A program made the translations under genes and the position numbers. Shown here in pieces: positions 48,682 through 58,333 of a stretch of DNA of 64,000 bases; position 1 is the first letter of the stretch, and every line of letters begins with the position of its first letter. The notes beneath the pieces are model-generated. The model saw only the letters and a program-made list of their open reading frames with translations, was not told where the DNA came from and did no database searches. Source of the DNA: an uncultured Ignavibacteria bacterium. Lineage in GTDB: Bacteria; Zixibacteria; MSB-5A5; CAIYYT01. The stretch covers positions 64,001 to 128,000 of the forward strand of contig CAZIBI010000002.1 in assembly GCA_964537215.1 (NCBI GenBank), read 5' to 3'.

Positions 48682-49449
48682 ATGTCGAAAATCTTCTTGG
48701 CTGCACTTGCTCTGACAATGACACTTGGTGTCGCGTCGGCGAGTGCTTTTAGTTGGTCCTATTACGACTTCGGCTCGGCCTATTTCGACGATCACAACAA
48801 TACGTCGGAAATCAATTATCCGGGCGGCGTTGGATCGCTACCATCACCCGGTAATCTCGGTGAAGGCGGCGAGAAGTTTGATATCGAAGGACTCAATTTC
48901 GCCTATGATAACAACTTCGTCTATTTGAGCGTCACTTCGTCGTTCAACGAAGGCGCTTACTCCACCGGTTGGAACCAAACCTACGGTCGCGGCGACCTGT
49001 TCTTCGGCTTTGGCGGCAACAAATACGACTACGCTATCACGAGCGACGGTCGTTTGGTTGATGTGAATACCTGGAACGGTATTTCCAATAAGCCGGGTAC
49101 ATATTACAACTACGCCTCGATCCGGAATGCCGCAGGCGCCTGGCGCGTCGGTACCGGCACCAATCTGGGCAGCGTTGACATCCTCAAGACTTATGACGCC
49201 ACCCTTGAAAGCAACCCGATGTTCGGCGGCGGCGGCGGAACCTATATCTGGGAGTACAAATTCTCCCGCTCGCTTTTGTCCGACTTCGGCAATGGCGCGA
49301 TCACTTTTCACCAGACGCTTGAGTGCGGCAACGACCTGCTCACCAAGCAGTACGAAAGTGTACCCGAACCTGCCACCATGATGCTCTTCGGCATCGGACT
49401 GGCCGGGCTTGGAGCCAAGCTTCGCAAGCGCAAAAACGCTGCAGCATAA
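48682..49449 (+). CDS. PEP-CTERM sorting-domain protein (exosortase substrate).
   Basis: N-terminal signal peptide. The C-terminus VPEPATMMLFGIGLAGLGAKLRKRK has the VPEP motif, a TM helix and a basic cluster. Confidence 0.8.
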   Translation: MSKIFLAALALTMTLGVASASAFSWSYYDFGSAYFDDHNNTSEINYPGGVGSLPSPGNLGEGGEKFDIEGLNFAYDNNFVYLSVTSSFNEGAYSTGWNQTYGRGDLFFGFGGNKYDYAITSDGRLVDVNTWNGISNKPGTYYNYASIRNAAGAWRVGTGTNLGSVDILKTYDATLESNPMFGGGGGTYIWEYKFSRSLLSDFGNGAITFHQTLECGNDLLTKQYESVPEPATMMLFGIGLAGLGAKLRKRKNAAA

Positions 49450-49474
49450 TTCCGAGAAACTTATTCGATTTATC

Positions 49475-49507
49475 AAGGTCGCCCTAAACAGGCGGCCTTT
49501 CTTTTTA
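49475..49507 (+). terminator. Intrinsic terminator after the PEP-CTERM gene.
   Basis: aaggtcgcc-ctaaaca-ggcggcctt hairpin followed by tcttttta. Confidence 0.55.
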
Positions 49508-49571
49508 TTCGCGTTGTCTTAGTTACACCAAATGTGAGGTAGGTCCGAATCTGTCGACTCGTGTGATCAAG

Positions 49572-50162
49572 CTATTCCGCGCGGCGCTCCGGGCTCTCTT
49601 TTCCTTCGTAGAAATGATCCAGAGATTTCGGATCGAGCATCCGAATCACCCGGGCAGGATTGCCTGCAACTATGGCATAGGGCGGGACATCCTTGGTCAC
49701 GACCGAGCAAGCGCCGACAATCGCGCCTTTACCGATCCTCACGCCTTTGAGTATCGTCGCGCGCGCATATATCCAAGCCAAGTCCTCGATGACAATTTCC
49801 TCCGGCACTCCATCGCCCCTGGTGTCCGAATGATAATCGCTGCCCATTATCAACACGTCCCAGGAAATGCCGGCACGGTAGCCGATAGTGACTTTCGAGC
49901 CGCAGTGAATCTCCGTGCGGTCGCCGATATGCACGTATTCGCCGATAGTAATTTCCGGATTGCTGCCTGCCGGTGCAGCTTCAAAATCAAACGTCACGCC
50001 CGGAAACAGCTTGCTGCGTTTCCCAATCGTGATCTTGCCATCCCGACCCTTTATCTTAACCCGACCGTAAACCTTGATCGGACCCGTAGTCGTGACTCTT
50101 CGCTTGAGTAGAAACCCTCTGAAGTAGGCGACAGCCTTTTTCAACGTTACCAGATCTATCAC
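49572..50162 (-). CDS. Hexapeptide-repeat O-acetyltransferase (WcaF/maltose O-acetyltransferase-like).
   Basis: [39 protein letters not shown]...[33 protein letters not shown]. Confidence 0.75.
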   Translation of the reverse strand: MIDLVTLKKAVAYFRGFLLKRRVTTTGPIKVYGRVKIKGRDGKITIGKRSKLFPGVTFDFEAAPAGSNPEITIGEYVHIGDRTEIHCGSKVTIGYRAGISWDVLIMGSDYHSDTRGDGVPEEIVIEDLAWIYARATILKGVRIGKGAIVGACSVVTKDVPPYAIVAGNPARVIRMLDPKSLDHFYEGKESPERRAE

Positions 50163-50610
50163 TTGCTGCTCCTTAGCTTAACAACAATCTTACGCTTGTC
50201 GCCGCATTTTCGCGTCCTTGCCAAAGTGGGGCGATACAGTAAGTCTACATACTAAGTCGACATTGGCTGCATGAGGATAACCAATTCTCGTCGCTACGAC
50301 CGTATTTTCGCTCCCGTTGGCCGCCACGGCTCGATTGCTGCGTCTCATTTGGAAACGTCCGTCGCGCAGGCATTTCATCATCTGCAGCCCTGAAGAATCT
50401 TACTAGATTAAAAGATGCTCCCAAAGACTTCTTCTTCCAAATTTGGAATTTCCTGCAGAAACTGCCGGTTTCGAGCAGGCGAACAACTGCCGATATGCTT
50501 CAGTATGGCAGCGGCGACAAGTTAAGATTGTTTTTTTTCTTGGAAATATGGATATTGTAGCTGCGTATTAAGAATAACCAAATCGGCCGGAGCTGGGCGG
50601 GTGCCAGACC

Positions 50611-52173
50611 GTGCGTTTGGCATCTTTCGTTGATATTGTTCAGGAGGAAGTGAAATTGGATAATTCCAAGCAGATCAAAACGTTCTACGTCCGCGACATT
50701 CTCTCGATTGCGTGGCGGCGCAAGTGGCTGCTTGTAATTCCCGTCGTCCTGGTTACCGCGATTACCGCGGTGAGCACGCGATACCTAAGTCCAATATTTG
50801 AAGCTTCCGTCACAATCTTCATGGAAAAGCCCGTGCGCTTATCTCAAGACCTTCAGCGGCTGATCGGCGGCGGGACCGGCGGCATGGGCGCCAACGCCGA
50901 AACACGCGAAAGCGAACTGCAGAGCCTGCAGAACGAAATCGTGTCCGCGCCGTACATTGCACAGCTTGTTGAGGCGATCGGCCTTGACAAAGATCCGTCC
51001 ATGGATATTCTCGCTGCCAAGATGCAGGTCAGCCGACCCAATATCTCGGTAGAAGAAATCAAGTTTGACTTCCTACTCGAAAGTCTGCGGAAGCGCATTC
51101 GCGTCGAATTTGCCGGCACCAATCAAGTCAAGATATTGGCGACCTCATCCGATGCCGAGCAGGCGAAGTTGATCGTCCAGAACCTTGGCGAGATATTCAT
51201 CCAGGAAAAGACCAAGCAAGAATCCCGGACCATCTCCGCGTCATCCGACTTTTCCGCGGAACAGCTGCAGACCTACGACAAAGATGTCCAGGACAAGATT
51301 ACGGAACGGACCTCGCTCGAAACTGAATTGCTGCGTGTGCAGCTCGACGATGTCGTCGCCTCGCAAGCCAATCGCCAATCAATCAACATGGAAGTCCAGG
51401 CCATCGCACTTGAACTGGCCGAAAAAGAGAAACTCGTCGGCGACTCGCAGCTTCGCCTTTCGAGCCTGCCGGGTGGTTTGCCGACTTTTACGGAACCGCC
51501 GGCACTGGTCGAAAAGAGGGATGAGATAACCAAGCTCTTGGCGACCATGCCCGAACTGCTGCGAAAAAATAGCTGGAGTACGCCGACAGTTGTCAGCTTC
51601 AAAGTGCGTTTGTATGGACTGATCAGTGATGTCGACGAATATGTCGCACAGTCGGTGCGCGGGACCTTTGCAAAAGAATCAGAAGTCACGAAGAATGACT
51701 TGATAACACTCTTCAGCTTGCGACTGCGTCTTGAATCGCTCTATGCCTACAGCAACAACTTGAAACTCGCCCTGGCCGACATCGATCGGCGGGGAAGTCT
51801 CATGCCCGGCTATCGTGCCCGCATCGAGCAATTGACCCGCGAAATCGAGGCTTCCCGCGCGCTACGCGACCAGTTCAAATTGGCACAGGAAGGCACCCAA
51901 ATTTCACAAGCGCTGCTGATGGAGTCAAAATTCCGCGTCGTCGAACCGGCGCGCTTGCCAATGTCTCCCATTTGGCCAAACAAAAGAATGATCGTCTTGC
52001 TGGGTCTGCTTGCCGGAATTAGCCTCGGCGCCGCCGCTGTCATCGTGGCAGAATTCTTCGACAACTCGATCAAAAAGATCGACGATGCTGAACAGGCGCT
52101 TGGTTTTCCGGTAATCGGCACCATGCCCCGGATTGACGGCCTTGAGAAGCTGAAAGTGCATGCCGGACGCTAA
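50611..52173 (+). CDS. Wzz/GumC-family polysaccharide chain-length determinant (co-polymerase, likely BY-kinase activator). It has no kinase domain.
   Basis: The N-terminal Wzz motif and TM helix are IKTFYVRDILSIAWRRKWLLVIPVVLVTAITAV. A long coiled-coil periplasmic domain follows. A second TM lies near the C-terminus (MIVLLGLLAGISLGAAAVIVAEFFDN). Confidence 0.75.
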   Translation: MRLASFVDIVQEEVKLDNSKQIKTFYVRDILSIAWRRKWLLVIPVVLVTAITAVSTRYLSPIFEASVTIFMEKPVRLSQDLQRLIGGGTGGMGANAETRESELQSLQNEIVSAPYIAQLVEAIGLDKDPSMDILAAKMQVSRPNISVEEIKFDFLLESLRKRIRVEFAGTNQVKILATSSDAEQAKLIVQNLGEIFIQEKTKQESRTISASSDFSAEQLQTYDKDVQDKITERTSLETELLRVQLDDVVASQANRQSINMEVQAIALELAEKEKLVGDSQLRLSSLPGGLPTFTEPPALVEKRDEITKLLATMPELLRKNSWSTPTVVSFKVRLYGLISDVDEYVAQSVRGTFAKESEVTKNDLITLFSLRLRLESLYAYSNNLKLALADIDRRGSLMPGYRARIEQLTREIEASRALRDQFKLAQEGTQISQALLMESKFRVVEPARLPMSPIWPNKRMIVLLGLLAGISLGAAAVIVAEFFDNSIKKIDDAEQALGFPVIGTMPRIDGLEKLKVHAGR

Positions 52174-52302
52174 GAACAGCCCAAATCGGGGGGACGCAAA
52201 TATTTTCACCATTTTCAAGTTGCAGTTGCGTTAACCCCTGTCCGATACTATTTTAGAGACCAATTCGAATTGTAACTTTCAAGTCTAGATAAAGGATATC
52301 GG

Positions 52303-53277
52303 TTGAAATTCCATAAAGACATTCTCAAACTGGATGCCGCGCGCGTTACCGATCAACTCTGCACGGCAATTCGCAGCCAGATCCGCGACGATCTCAAGAA
52401 AAGCGGCGTGGTCGTCGGTATCTCCGGCGGCATCGACTCGACCGTCGTTTCCGCGCTTTGCGCCAAAGCGCTCGGCCCGGAACGCGTCCTGGGAATCATG
52501 ATGCCCGAGCAGGAATCCTCCGGCGAAAGCGAAACACTCGCCCGCAAATTGGCTGCGCAATTTGGCTTTGAATCGATCAAGGAAGACATCAGCGCCGGTC
52601 TCAAGGGCCTCGGTTGTTACGAAAAGCGCGATGAGGCGATCAAGCAGCTCTTCCCGGAATACGACGCCAGTTACAAGTGCAAGATCACCAATCCCGGCAA
52701 TATCCTCTCCAAGGATACCTTCAACTTCTTTCACTTGACGATCATGAAGGAAGGCAAGGAACCGCAGACCAAGCGTATGACCCCGAGCGTCTACGCGCAG
52801 GTCGTCGCTGCTTCGAATCTCAAGCAGCGCCTCCGCATGACCACCTTGTACTACCACGGCGAGAAACGCAATTGGGCCGTCGCCGGAACCGGCAACAAGG
52901 ACGAGCACATGCAGGGCTTCTTCGTCAAATATGGCGACGGTGGCGCCGACTTCAAGCCGATCGCCCACTTGTTCAAGATTCAGGTATATCAGCTCGCCGA
53001 GTACTTGGGAGTTCCGGCTGACATCATTAAACGCACTCCCACCACCGACACGTACAGCGCAGGGTCGACCCAGGAAGAGTTCTTCTATGGTCTCGATTTC
53101 TATCGCATGGACATGCTCTGGTATGCCATGGAAAACAACGTGCCGGCCGCCGAGGTCGCATCTGTATTGGGGCTTTCGGTTCAGGAAGTCGAACACGGCT
53201 ACGCTCACATCGCGCGTAAGATTCGTGCGACCGAACCGCTGCGGATGATTCCGCTCGAGATTAGCCCGACCGCGTAA
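52303..53277 (+). CDS. nadE: NH3-dependent NAD+ synthetase-like PP-loop ATPase.
   Basis: The PP-loop is VVGISGGIDSTVVSAL. VVAGTGNKDEHMQGFFVKYGDGGADFKPIAHLFKIQVYQLAEYLGVPADIIKRTPTTD parallels E. coli NadE VVGTDHAAE..GFFTKYGDGGTDINPL..L.K.Q...LL..L..P.....K.PTADL. Confidence 0.65.
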   Translation: MKFHKDILKLDAARVTDQLCTAIRSQIRDDLKKSGVVVGISGGIDSTVVSALCAKALGPERVLGIMMPEQESSGESETLARKLAAQFGFESIKEDISAGLKGLGCYEKRDEAIKQLFPEYDASYKCKITNPGNILSKDTFNFFHLTIMKEGKEPQTKRMTPSVYAQVVAASNLKQRLRMTTLYYHGEKRNWAVAGTGNKDEHMQGFFVKYGDGGADFKPIAHLFKIQVYQLAEYLGVPADIIKRTPTTDTYSAGSTQEEFFYGLDFYRMDMLWYAMENNVPAAEVASVLGLSVQEVEHGYAHIARKIRATEPLRMIPLEISPTA

Positions 53278-53338
53278 ATAGGATTTTGTTGGATGGCGCT
53301 CCTCACGGGTCGCTTAACTTTGCTTGATAAGGATTATT

Positions 53339-53602
53339 ATGGAGTTCAATGCTGAAAGCATCCGCACCGAAATTAGAAAGTTCATCGTCGACTCATATCT
53401 TCTCGGAGATGAGAGCGTCAAATTCTCGGATGCGGATTCGTTCATGCGCCGCGGCATCATCGATTCGATGGGCATCCTCGAATTGACCGCCTTTCTCGAA
53501 CAGAAATACGGCATTACTGTCGCCGACAATGAAATGCTGCCGAACAATCTCGACAGCGTCGACAACCTTATCGGTTTCATCAAGGGCAAATCCGGTAAGT
53601 AA
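53339..53602 (+). CDS. Acyl carrier protein.
   Basis: GIIDSMGILELTAFLEQKYGI is the phosphopantetheine-attachment motif DSM/L. Confidence 0.7.
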   Translation: MEFNAESIRTEIRKFIVDSYLLGDESVKFSDADSFMRRGIIDSMGILELTAFLEQKYGITVADNEMLPNNLDSVDNLIGFIKGKSGK

Positions 53603-53658
53603 CGCGGAAGCCGCGCGTCGTCGCCGCTCATTCCCATTCCGCGGAGGTAACTGATCCA

Positions 53659-55227
53659 ATGAGACTCGATCAATTCCTGCGTCGGACCCGCGAACAATTC
53701 CCGCATAATACCGCCGTCATCGATCAAGACAGCCAAATCAATTATGCCGATTTGGGTGCTGCTACTGCGAGATTCGCGGAATCCCTTCAGCAGCTTCCAA
53801 TCGCGCCGGGATCGCGCATTGGCCTCTTGATGGAAAACTCCATCGACTACGTTATCTCGTTCTTCGCCGTAATCGAAGCCGGATTCGTTGTCGTTCCGCT
53901 CGACACCTCTGCCAATGGCGAAACTCTGCGTTTCATCATCGCCGATTGCGGCATCAAAGCGCTGATCGCACAATCGCGCTATCGCCGACAACTAAAAGTC
54001 ATCTTCGACAATGAAACGAATCTCAAATTCCTGTTCTGCGATTCGCAGCTGAATTTCGCCGAAGGGAAGGTTCAGTCGCTCATCTACGGCGCGCGGATGG
54101 AGCTGGTTGATCCCGTCGTGAGCGATTCCAAAACACCGGAAGCGGCCGATCGAATTGTCTTGACGCGCGGAGGTAAAGAGCACGAACTCGCGGCGATTTT
54201 CTATACTTCAGGCAGTACCGGAACACCCAAGGGCGTGATGCTGTCGCACCTGAATCTCATGTCGAACACGATAGCAACGATTGACTATCTGCGCCTGACA
54301 GAGATCGACCGCACTTTGGTCATCTTGCCGTTTTACTACATTTACGGCAATTCGCTTCTGCTGACAAATGTCGCCTGCGGTGCTTGTCTCGTCATCGATA
54401 ATCGCTTTCTCTATCCCGAGACGATACTCAACACGCTCGAAGAGCATCAATGCACCGGCCTCTCCGGAGTGCCTTCCAACTTCATGATCCTGCTCGGTAA
54501 GTCCACACTCACCGCGCGCAAACTGCCGCATCTGCGCTATTTCACGCAGGCCGGCGGCGCAATGGCGCCCGATATCGTCCGCACTCTTGCCGACGCTTTC
54601 CCAACCAAGGAAATCTACATCATGTACGGCCAAACCGAAGCTGCACCGCGAGTGACCTATTTGCCGCCGCCGCATCTGGCAGAAAAGCTCGGCTCAATCG
54701 GCATCCCGCTTACCGGAATCACAGTGACAATTTCCGACGACCAGCACAAAGAAGTCCCCGCCGGCGAAACCGGCGAACTCGTCGTCTCCGGCGATAATGT
54801 GATGATGGGTTATTGGAACCAGCCCGAAGAACAAAGAGAAGTCTTGCAGGACGGCAATCTCTTCACCGGCGACCTGGGCTACAAAGATAAAGACGGCTAC
54901 ATCTTCATCGTTGGCCGCAAGAAAGAAATCATCAAAGCCGGCGGCAATCGCGTCAGCGTCAAAGAAGTCGAGGAATGCCTCGTCGGAAATGACAAGGTAC
55001 TTGAGGCCTGCGTGATTGGCGTCCCCGACCCGCTGCTTGGCGAAGCGATTAAGGCCGTCATTGTGCTCAAGCCGGGGGCCGAGATGGATGCCAAGGAAAT
55101 CATCCATCACTGCCGTCTAAAATTGGCTGATTTCAAGGTTCCGAAACTGGTCAGCTTTGTCGAATCGCTGCCGAAATATCAATCAGGTAAAATAAACAAG
55201 CAATTGCTCAAGCAGCAGCCAGTTTAG
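53659..55227 (+). CDS. AMP-dependent synthetase/ligase (acyl-CoA or acyl-ACP ligase, exosortase-locus type).
   Basis: AAIFYTSGSTGTPKGVMLSH is the AMP-binding motif. ...YGQTEA... and GDLGYKDKDGYIFIVGRKKEIIKAGGNRVS... are also present. Confidence 0.8.
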   Translation: MRLDQFLRRTREQFPHNTAVIDQDSQINYADLGAATARFAESLQQLPIAPGSRIGLLMENSIDYVISFFAVIEAGFVVVPLDTSANGETLRFIIADCGIKALIAQSRYRRQLKVIFDNETNLKFLFCDSQLNFAEGKVQSLIYGARMELVDPVVSDSKTPEAADRIVLTRGGKEHELAAIFYTSGSTGTPKGVMLSHLNLMSNTIATIDYLRLTEIDRTLVILPFYYIYGNSLLLTNVACGACLVIDNRFLYPETILNTLEEHQCTGLSGVPSNFMILLGKSTLTARKLPHLRYFTQAGGAMAPDIVRTLADAFPTKEIYIMYGQTEAAPRVTYLPPPHLAEKLGSIGIPLTGITVTISDDQHKEVPAGETGELVVSGDNVMMGYWNQPEEQREVLQDGNLFTGDLGYKDKDGYIFIVGRKKEIIKAGGNRVSVKEVEECLVGNDKVLEACVIGVPDPLLGEAIKAVIVLKPGAEMDAKEIIHHCRLKLADFKVPKLVSFVESLPKYQSGKINKQLLKQQPV

Positions 55228-55280
55228 CCGCAAATGGCTGCGAAACTCAAATAAGCAGGGAAGTCAGGCGTTTAAACAAT

Positions 55281-57293
55281 ATGTGTGGAATTGCCGGATA
55301 CTTTCAACTCGAAGGAACTCGTCCGCCCGACCGTGATCTCGTGGTCAGAATGGTCTCGCTCATTCGCCATCGCGGCCCCGATGAATTCGGCGCCTTCCTT
55401 GACGACAAGTGTGTCCTCGGACATGCACGGCTTTCCATTATCGACCTCTCATCCGGCCAGCAACCGCTCTGCAATGAGGACGAAACTGTCTGGATCGCTT
55501 TCAACGGCGAAATATACAACTACATCGAGTTGCGTCCCATTCTCGAATCGCACGGCCACCAATTCCGCACACATTCCGACACCGAAGTAATCGTCCACGC
55601 CTACGAGCAGTGGGGCAAGGACTGTCTGCAATATTTCAATGGCCAATTCTCACTTGCCATTTACGACAGCAAAGCACAATCACTTTTCCTCGCGCGCGAC
55701 CGCATGGGCAAGCGACCGCTTTTCTACGCGGTTCACGACGGTCGATTCTACTTCGCTTCCGAAATCAAGGCTCTGTTCGCTGACCCGGGAATTTCCCGCC
55801 GTCTCGATGTCGAAGGGCTTGACCAAGTGTTTACATGGTGGACCTGTGCGCCGCCGAAAACTGTATTCGCGGGCGTCAACGAGCTCGAGGCCGGCTCTTG
55901 CATCGAGATCAAGCAAGGAAATGTTGCGACCTCCCGTTACTGGTCGATGCAATATCCCGATTCCTACGACAACAGCCGCGGTGTCGATTCGTGGGCGGAA
56001 GAACTCCACGCACTCTTGGTCGACTCAATCCGATTGCGTCTGCGCGCTGACGTTCCGGTCGGCGCCTACCTTTCCGGCGGCTTGGATTCTTCGGCAATCG
56101 CGTCGTTGGTCCGCTCGTTTACGACGAATCGCCTCGAATCCTTCTCAATTGCATTTGGCGATAGTGCCTTTGATGAGTCCAACTATCAAAAGCAAATGGC
56201 CGACCAACTCGGAACCCATCATCGCTCTGTCCAATGCAATTATGATGACATCGCCAATTGCTTCCCGGAAATTATCTGGCATACCGAGCGACCGATTCTC
56301 CGTACAGCGCCTGCACCGATGTACCTGCTCTCGCGGCTCGTCAATGACTGCAAGTTCAAGGTCGTCCTGACTGGTGAAGGCTCCGATGAGATCTTCGGCG
56401 GCTACGACATCTTCAAAGAAACCAAGATTCGCCATTTCTGGGCGCGCAATCCAGACTCCAAATGGCGCTCGTTGTTGCTCAAGCGGCTCTATCCGACTCT
56501 TCCCCTTAGCGAAGTCAAATCCAACTATTTCCTGGAAGAGTTCTACAAAGAGGGCCTCGCCGATACTGATCGCTATTATTTCTCGCACATGCCGCGAATC
56601 AAGACCACTTCGCGCGTCAAGGATTTCTACAACGCAGAACTCAAGGGCAAGTCAGCCGCTGCCGATTCCTTGAACGCCTTCGCCCATACCTTGCCAACCG
56701 GATTTCCGAATTGGCATCACGTCTCCAAGGCACAATTCCTCGAATCCAAATCGTTGCTTTCCGGTTATCTGCTCTCTTCGCAGGGCGACCGCATGGCCGC
56801 TGCCAACGCCGTCGAGGGCCGCTATCCGTTTCTCGATCACCGTGTAATCGAATTGGCGACACAAATCCCGCCGCACCACAAGTTGTTTGGTCTCAAGGAG
56901 AAATGGGTATTGAAGAAGGCTATGAAAGGCGCGCTTCCGGAAGCTATCCTTAAACGCCCCAAACAGCCGTACATGGCGCCCGATTCAAGCTGCTTTACGC
57001 AGGCCCAGTCGCCCGCTTATGTCCGCGAGTTGCTATCCGAAGATCGCATCAAGAAGGCAGGGGTTTTCAATCCAGTTATGGCGGGAAAACTTTACGAGAA
57101 ATGCCTCAAGCAATCCCAGGCGCAGATGTCTTTCAAGGACAACATGGCGTTCGTGGGAATATTATCCACGCAAATCCTGGTCGATAGCTTTATCGAGAAT
57201 TTCGATGCCCACGCTTTTCGCAAAGTCACGGAGTTCCGCGTCTGGCGCGACCTAAGCGGCACGCGCTCTGATTCCACGCGCCTTAGGAGCTAG
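55281..57293 (+). CDS. Asparagine synthetase (glutamine-hydrolysing)-family amidotransferase (exosortase-associated amidotransferase type).
   Basis: MCGIAGYF is the N-terminal nucleophile Cys. The class-II glutamine amidotransferase domain is followed by a PP-loop synthetase domain (YLSGGLDSSAIASL). Confidence 0.9.
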   Translation: MCGIAGYFQLEGTRPPDRDLVVRMVSLIRHRGPDEFGAFLDDKCVLGHARLSIIDLSSGQQPLCNEDETVWIAFNGEIYNYIELRPILESHGHQFRTHSDTEVIVHAYEQWGKDCLQYFNGQFSLAIYDSKAQSLFLARDRMGKRPLFYAVHDGRFYFASEIKALFADPGISRRLDVEGLDQVFTWWTCAPPKTVFAGVNELEAGSCIEIKQGNVATSRYWSMQYPDSYDNSRGVDSWAEELHALLVDSIRLRLRADVPVGAYLSGGLDSSAIASLVRSFTTNRLESFSIAFGDSAFDESNYQKQMADQLGTHHRSVQCNYDDIANCFPEIIWHTERPILRTAPAPMYLLSRLVNDCKFKVVLTGEGSDEIFGGYDIFKETKIRHFWARNPDSKWRSLLLKRLYPTLPLSEVKSNYFLEEFYKEGLADTDRYYFSHMPRIKTTSRVKDFYNAELKGKSAAADSLNAFAHTLPTGFPNWHHVSKAQFLESKSLLSGYLLSSQGDRMAAANAVEGRYPFLDHRVIELATQIPPHHKLFGLKEKWVLKKAMKGALPEAILKRPKQPYMAPDSSCFTQAQSPAYVRELLSEDRIKKAGVFNPVMAGKLYEKCLKQSQAQMSFKDNMAFVGILSTQILVDSFIENFDAHAFRKVTEFRVWRDLSGTRSDSTRLRS

Positions 57294-58203
57294 AACCGGC
57301 TCGTTCCTTGTTGCTTGCCGATGCACCGCTATTCTGCCATTCGTTCCAAACCGGTCTAAAGAATTCCAAGAACCGAATTGCTCCCTGCTTGTAGCCCAGT
57401 TCGTTGGGGTGGGAATCACTCTGATCCGGGCGCCGATATTCATCCCGCAGAACGTTGTTGCTATTCGCCAGCACGTCAAATAAGTCAAAGACTACAAAAT
57501 TGCGCATCCCGCTTTCACTCTGATATCGCGGCAGATAATCCTTCATCAACCATGCGTTGAATTCACGCGCGCGCGCGGCGGCTTCCGGATTCGTCTCGGG
57601 CTCAACCAGCGGGGGATAGGTCACATAGATGAAAAGCTTGTTCGGGTACTTGCGGAATTCCTTTGAGAGCTCTTCAAATACTGCCTTGTAATTCTCGGTC
57701 GTGTATTCCCGATTGTTGGGGTTTCCAGGACTTGTACCTTCCGACCCGATCTTGCTGCACGGATAGCATGACTTGAACATGATGATGTCGTTCACGCGGC
57801 CATCTTTGTAGTATTGGTTCGGATGATTCTTGAAAACGAACAGCTTCTGGATGTCAGTCTTGAATTTGGGATACCAGTCGCAGACATCCGTGCGTTGGCC
57901 GATTTCGTCGCCGTAGGTCGCGCCCTTTACAAAGATCCCCATGTTTAAGAGGCTGTCGCGCAGTCCACCCTGGTCCAGAATTCCCTCGCCGACTGAATGG
58001 TGCACGAACAACATGCGATGCTTGTATCCGTTTTCAACCCTGTCAGTCAAATCGTTGACGACCTTGCCGGCTCCAATAACGGCATCCTGAAGTGCGGAAA
58101 CCGTGTAACCTTGCTTACGGTATTTGTAAGCGAAGAACAATCCGATCACATTTCCAATTATCGAAATGAGCAAAATAACAATAAGCAGCTTATTCACTTT
58201 CAA
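57283..58203 (-). CDS. Hypothetical membrane-anchored protein (N-terminal TM helix plus a soluble ~270-aa domain).
   Basis: MKVNKLLIVILLISIIGNVIGLFFAY is a signal-anchor. No motif recognised. Its end overlaps the AsnB-like gene convergently by ~11 bp. Confidence 0.4.
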   Translation of the reverse strand: MKVNKLLIVILLISIIGNVIGLFFAYKYRKQGYTVSALQDAVIGAGKVVNDLTDRVENGYKHRMLFVHHSVGEGILDQGGLRDSLLNMGIFVKGATYGDEIGQRTDVCDWYPKFKTDIQKLFVFKNHPNQYYKDGRVNDIIMFKSCYPCSKIGSEGTSPGNPNNREYTTENYKAVFEELSKEFRKYPNKLFIYVTYPPLVEPETNPEAAARAREFNAWLMKDYLPRYQSESGMRNFVVFDLFDVLANSNNVLRDEYRRPDQSDSHPNELGYKQGAIRFLEFFRPVWNEWQNSGASASNKERAGSSS

Positions 58204-58333
58204 CTCCTAAATGCCGGATTAATACTAACAGGAAACATCACTCAAACCTGTGCATTATACGATGACACAAGGACGATACAACCAAATATTTTTAGGTCGG
58301 CAGAGCGCAAATTCAGAACAGACCAGATAAAGC

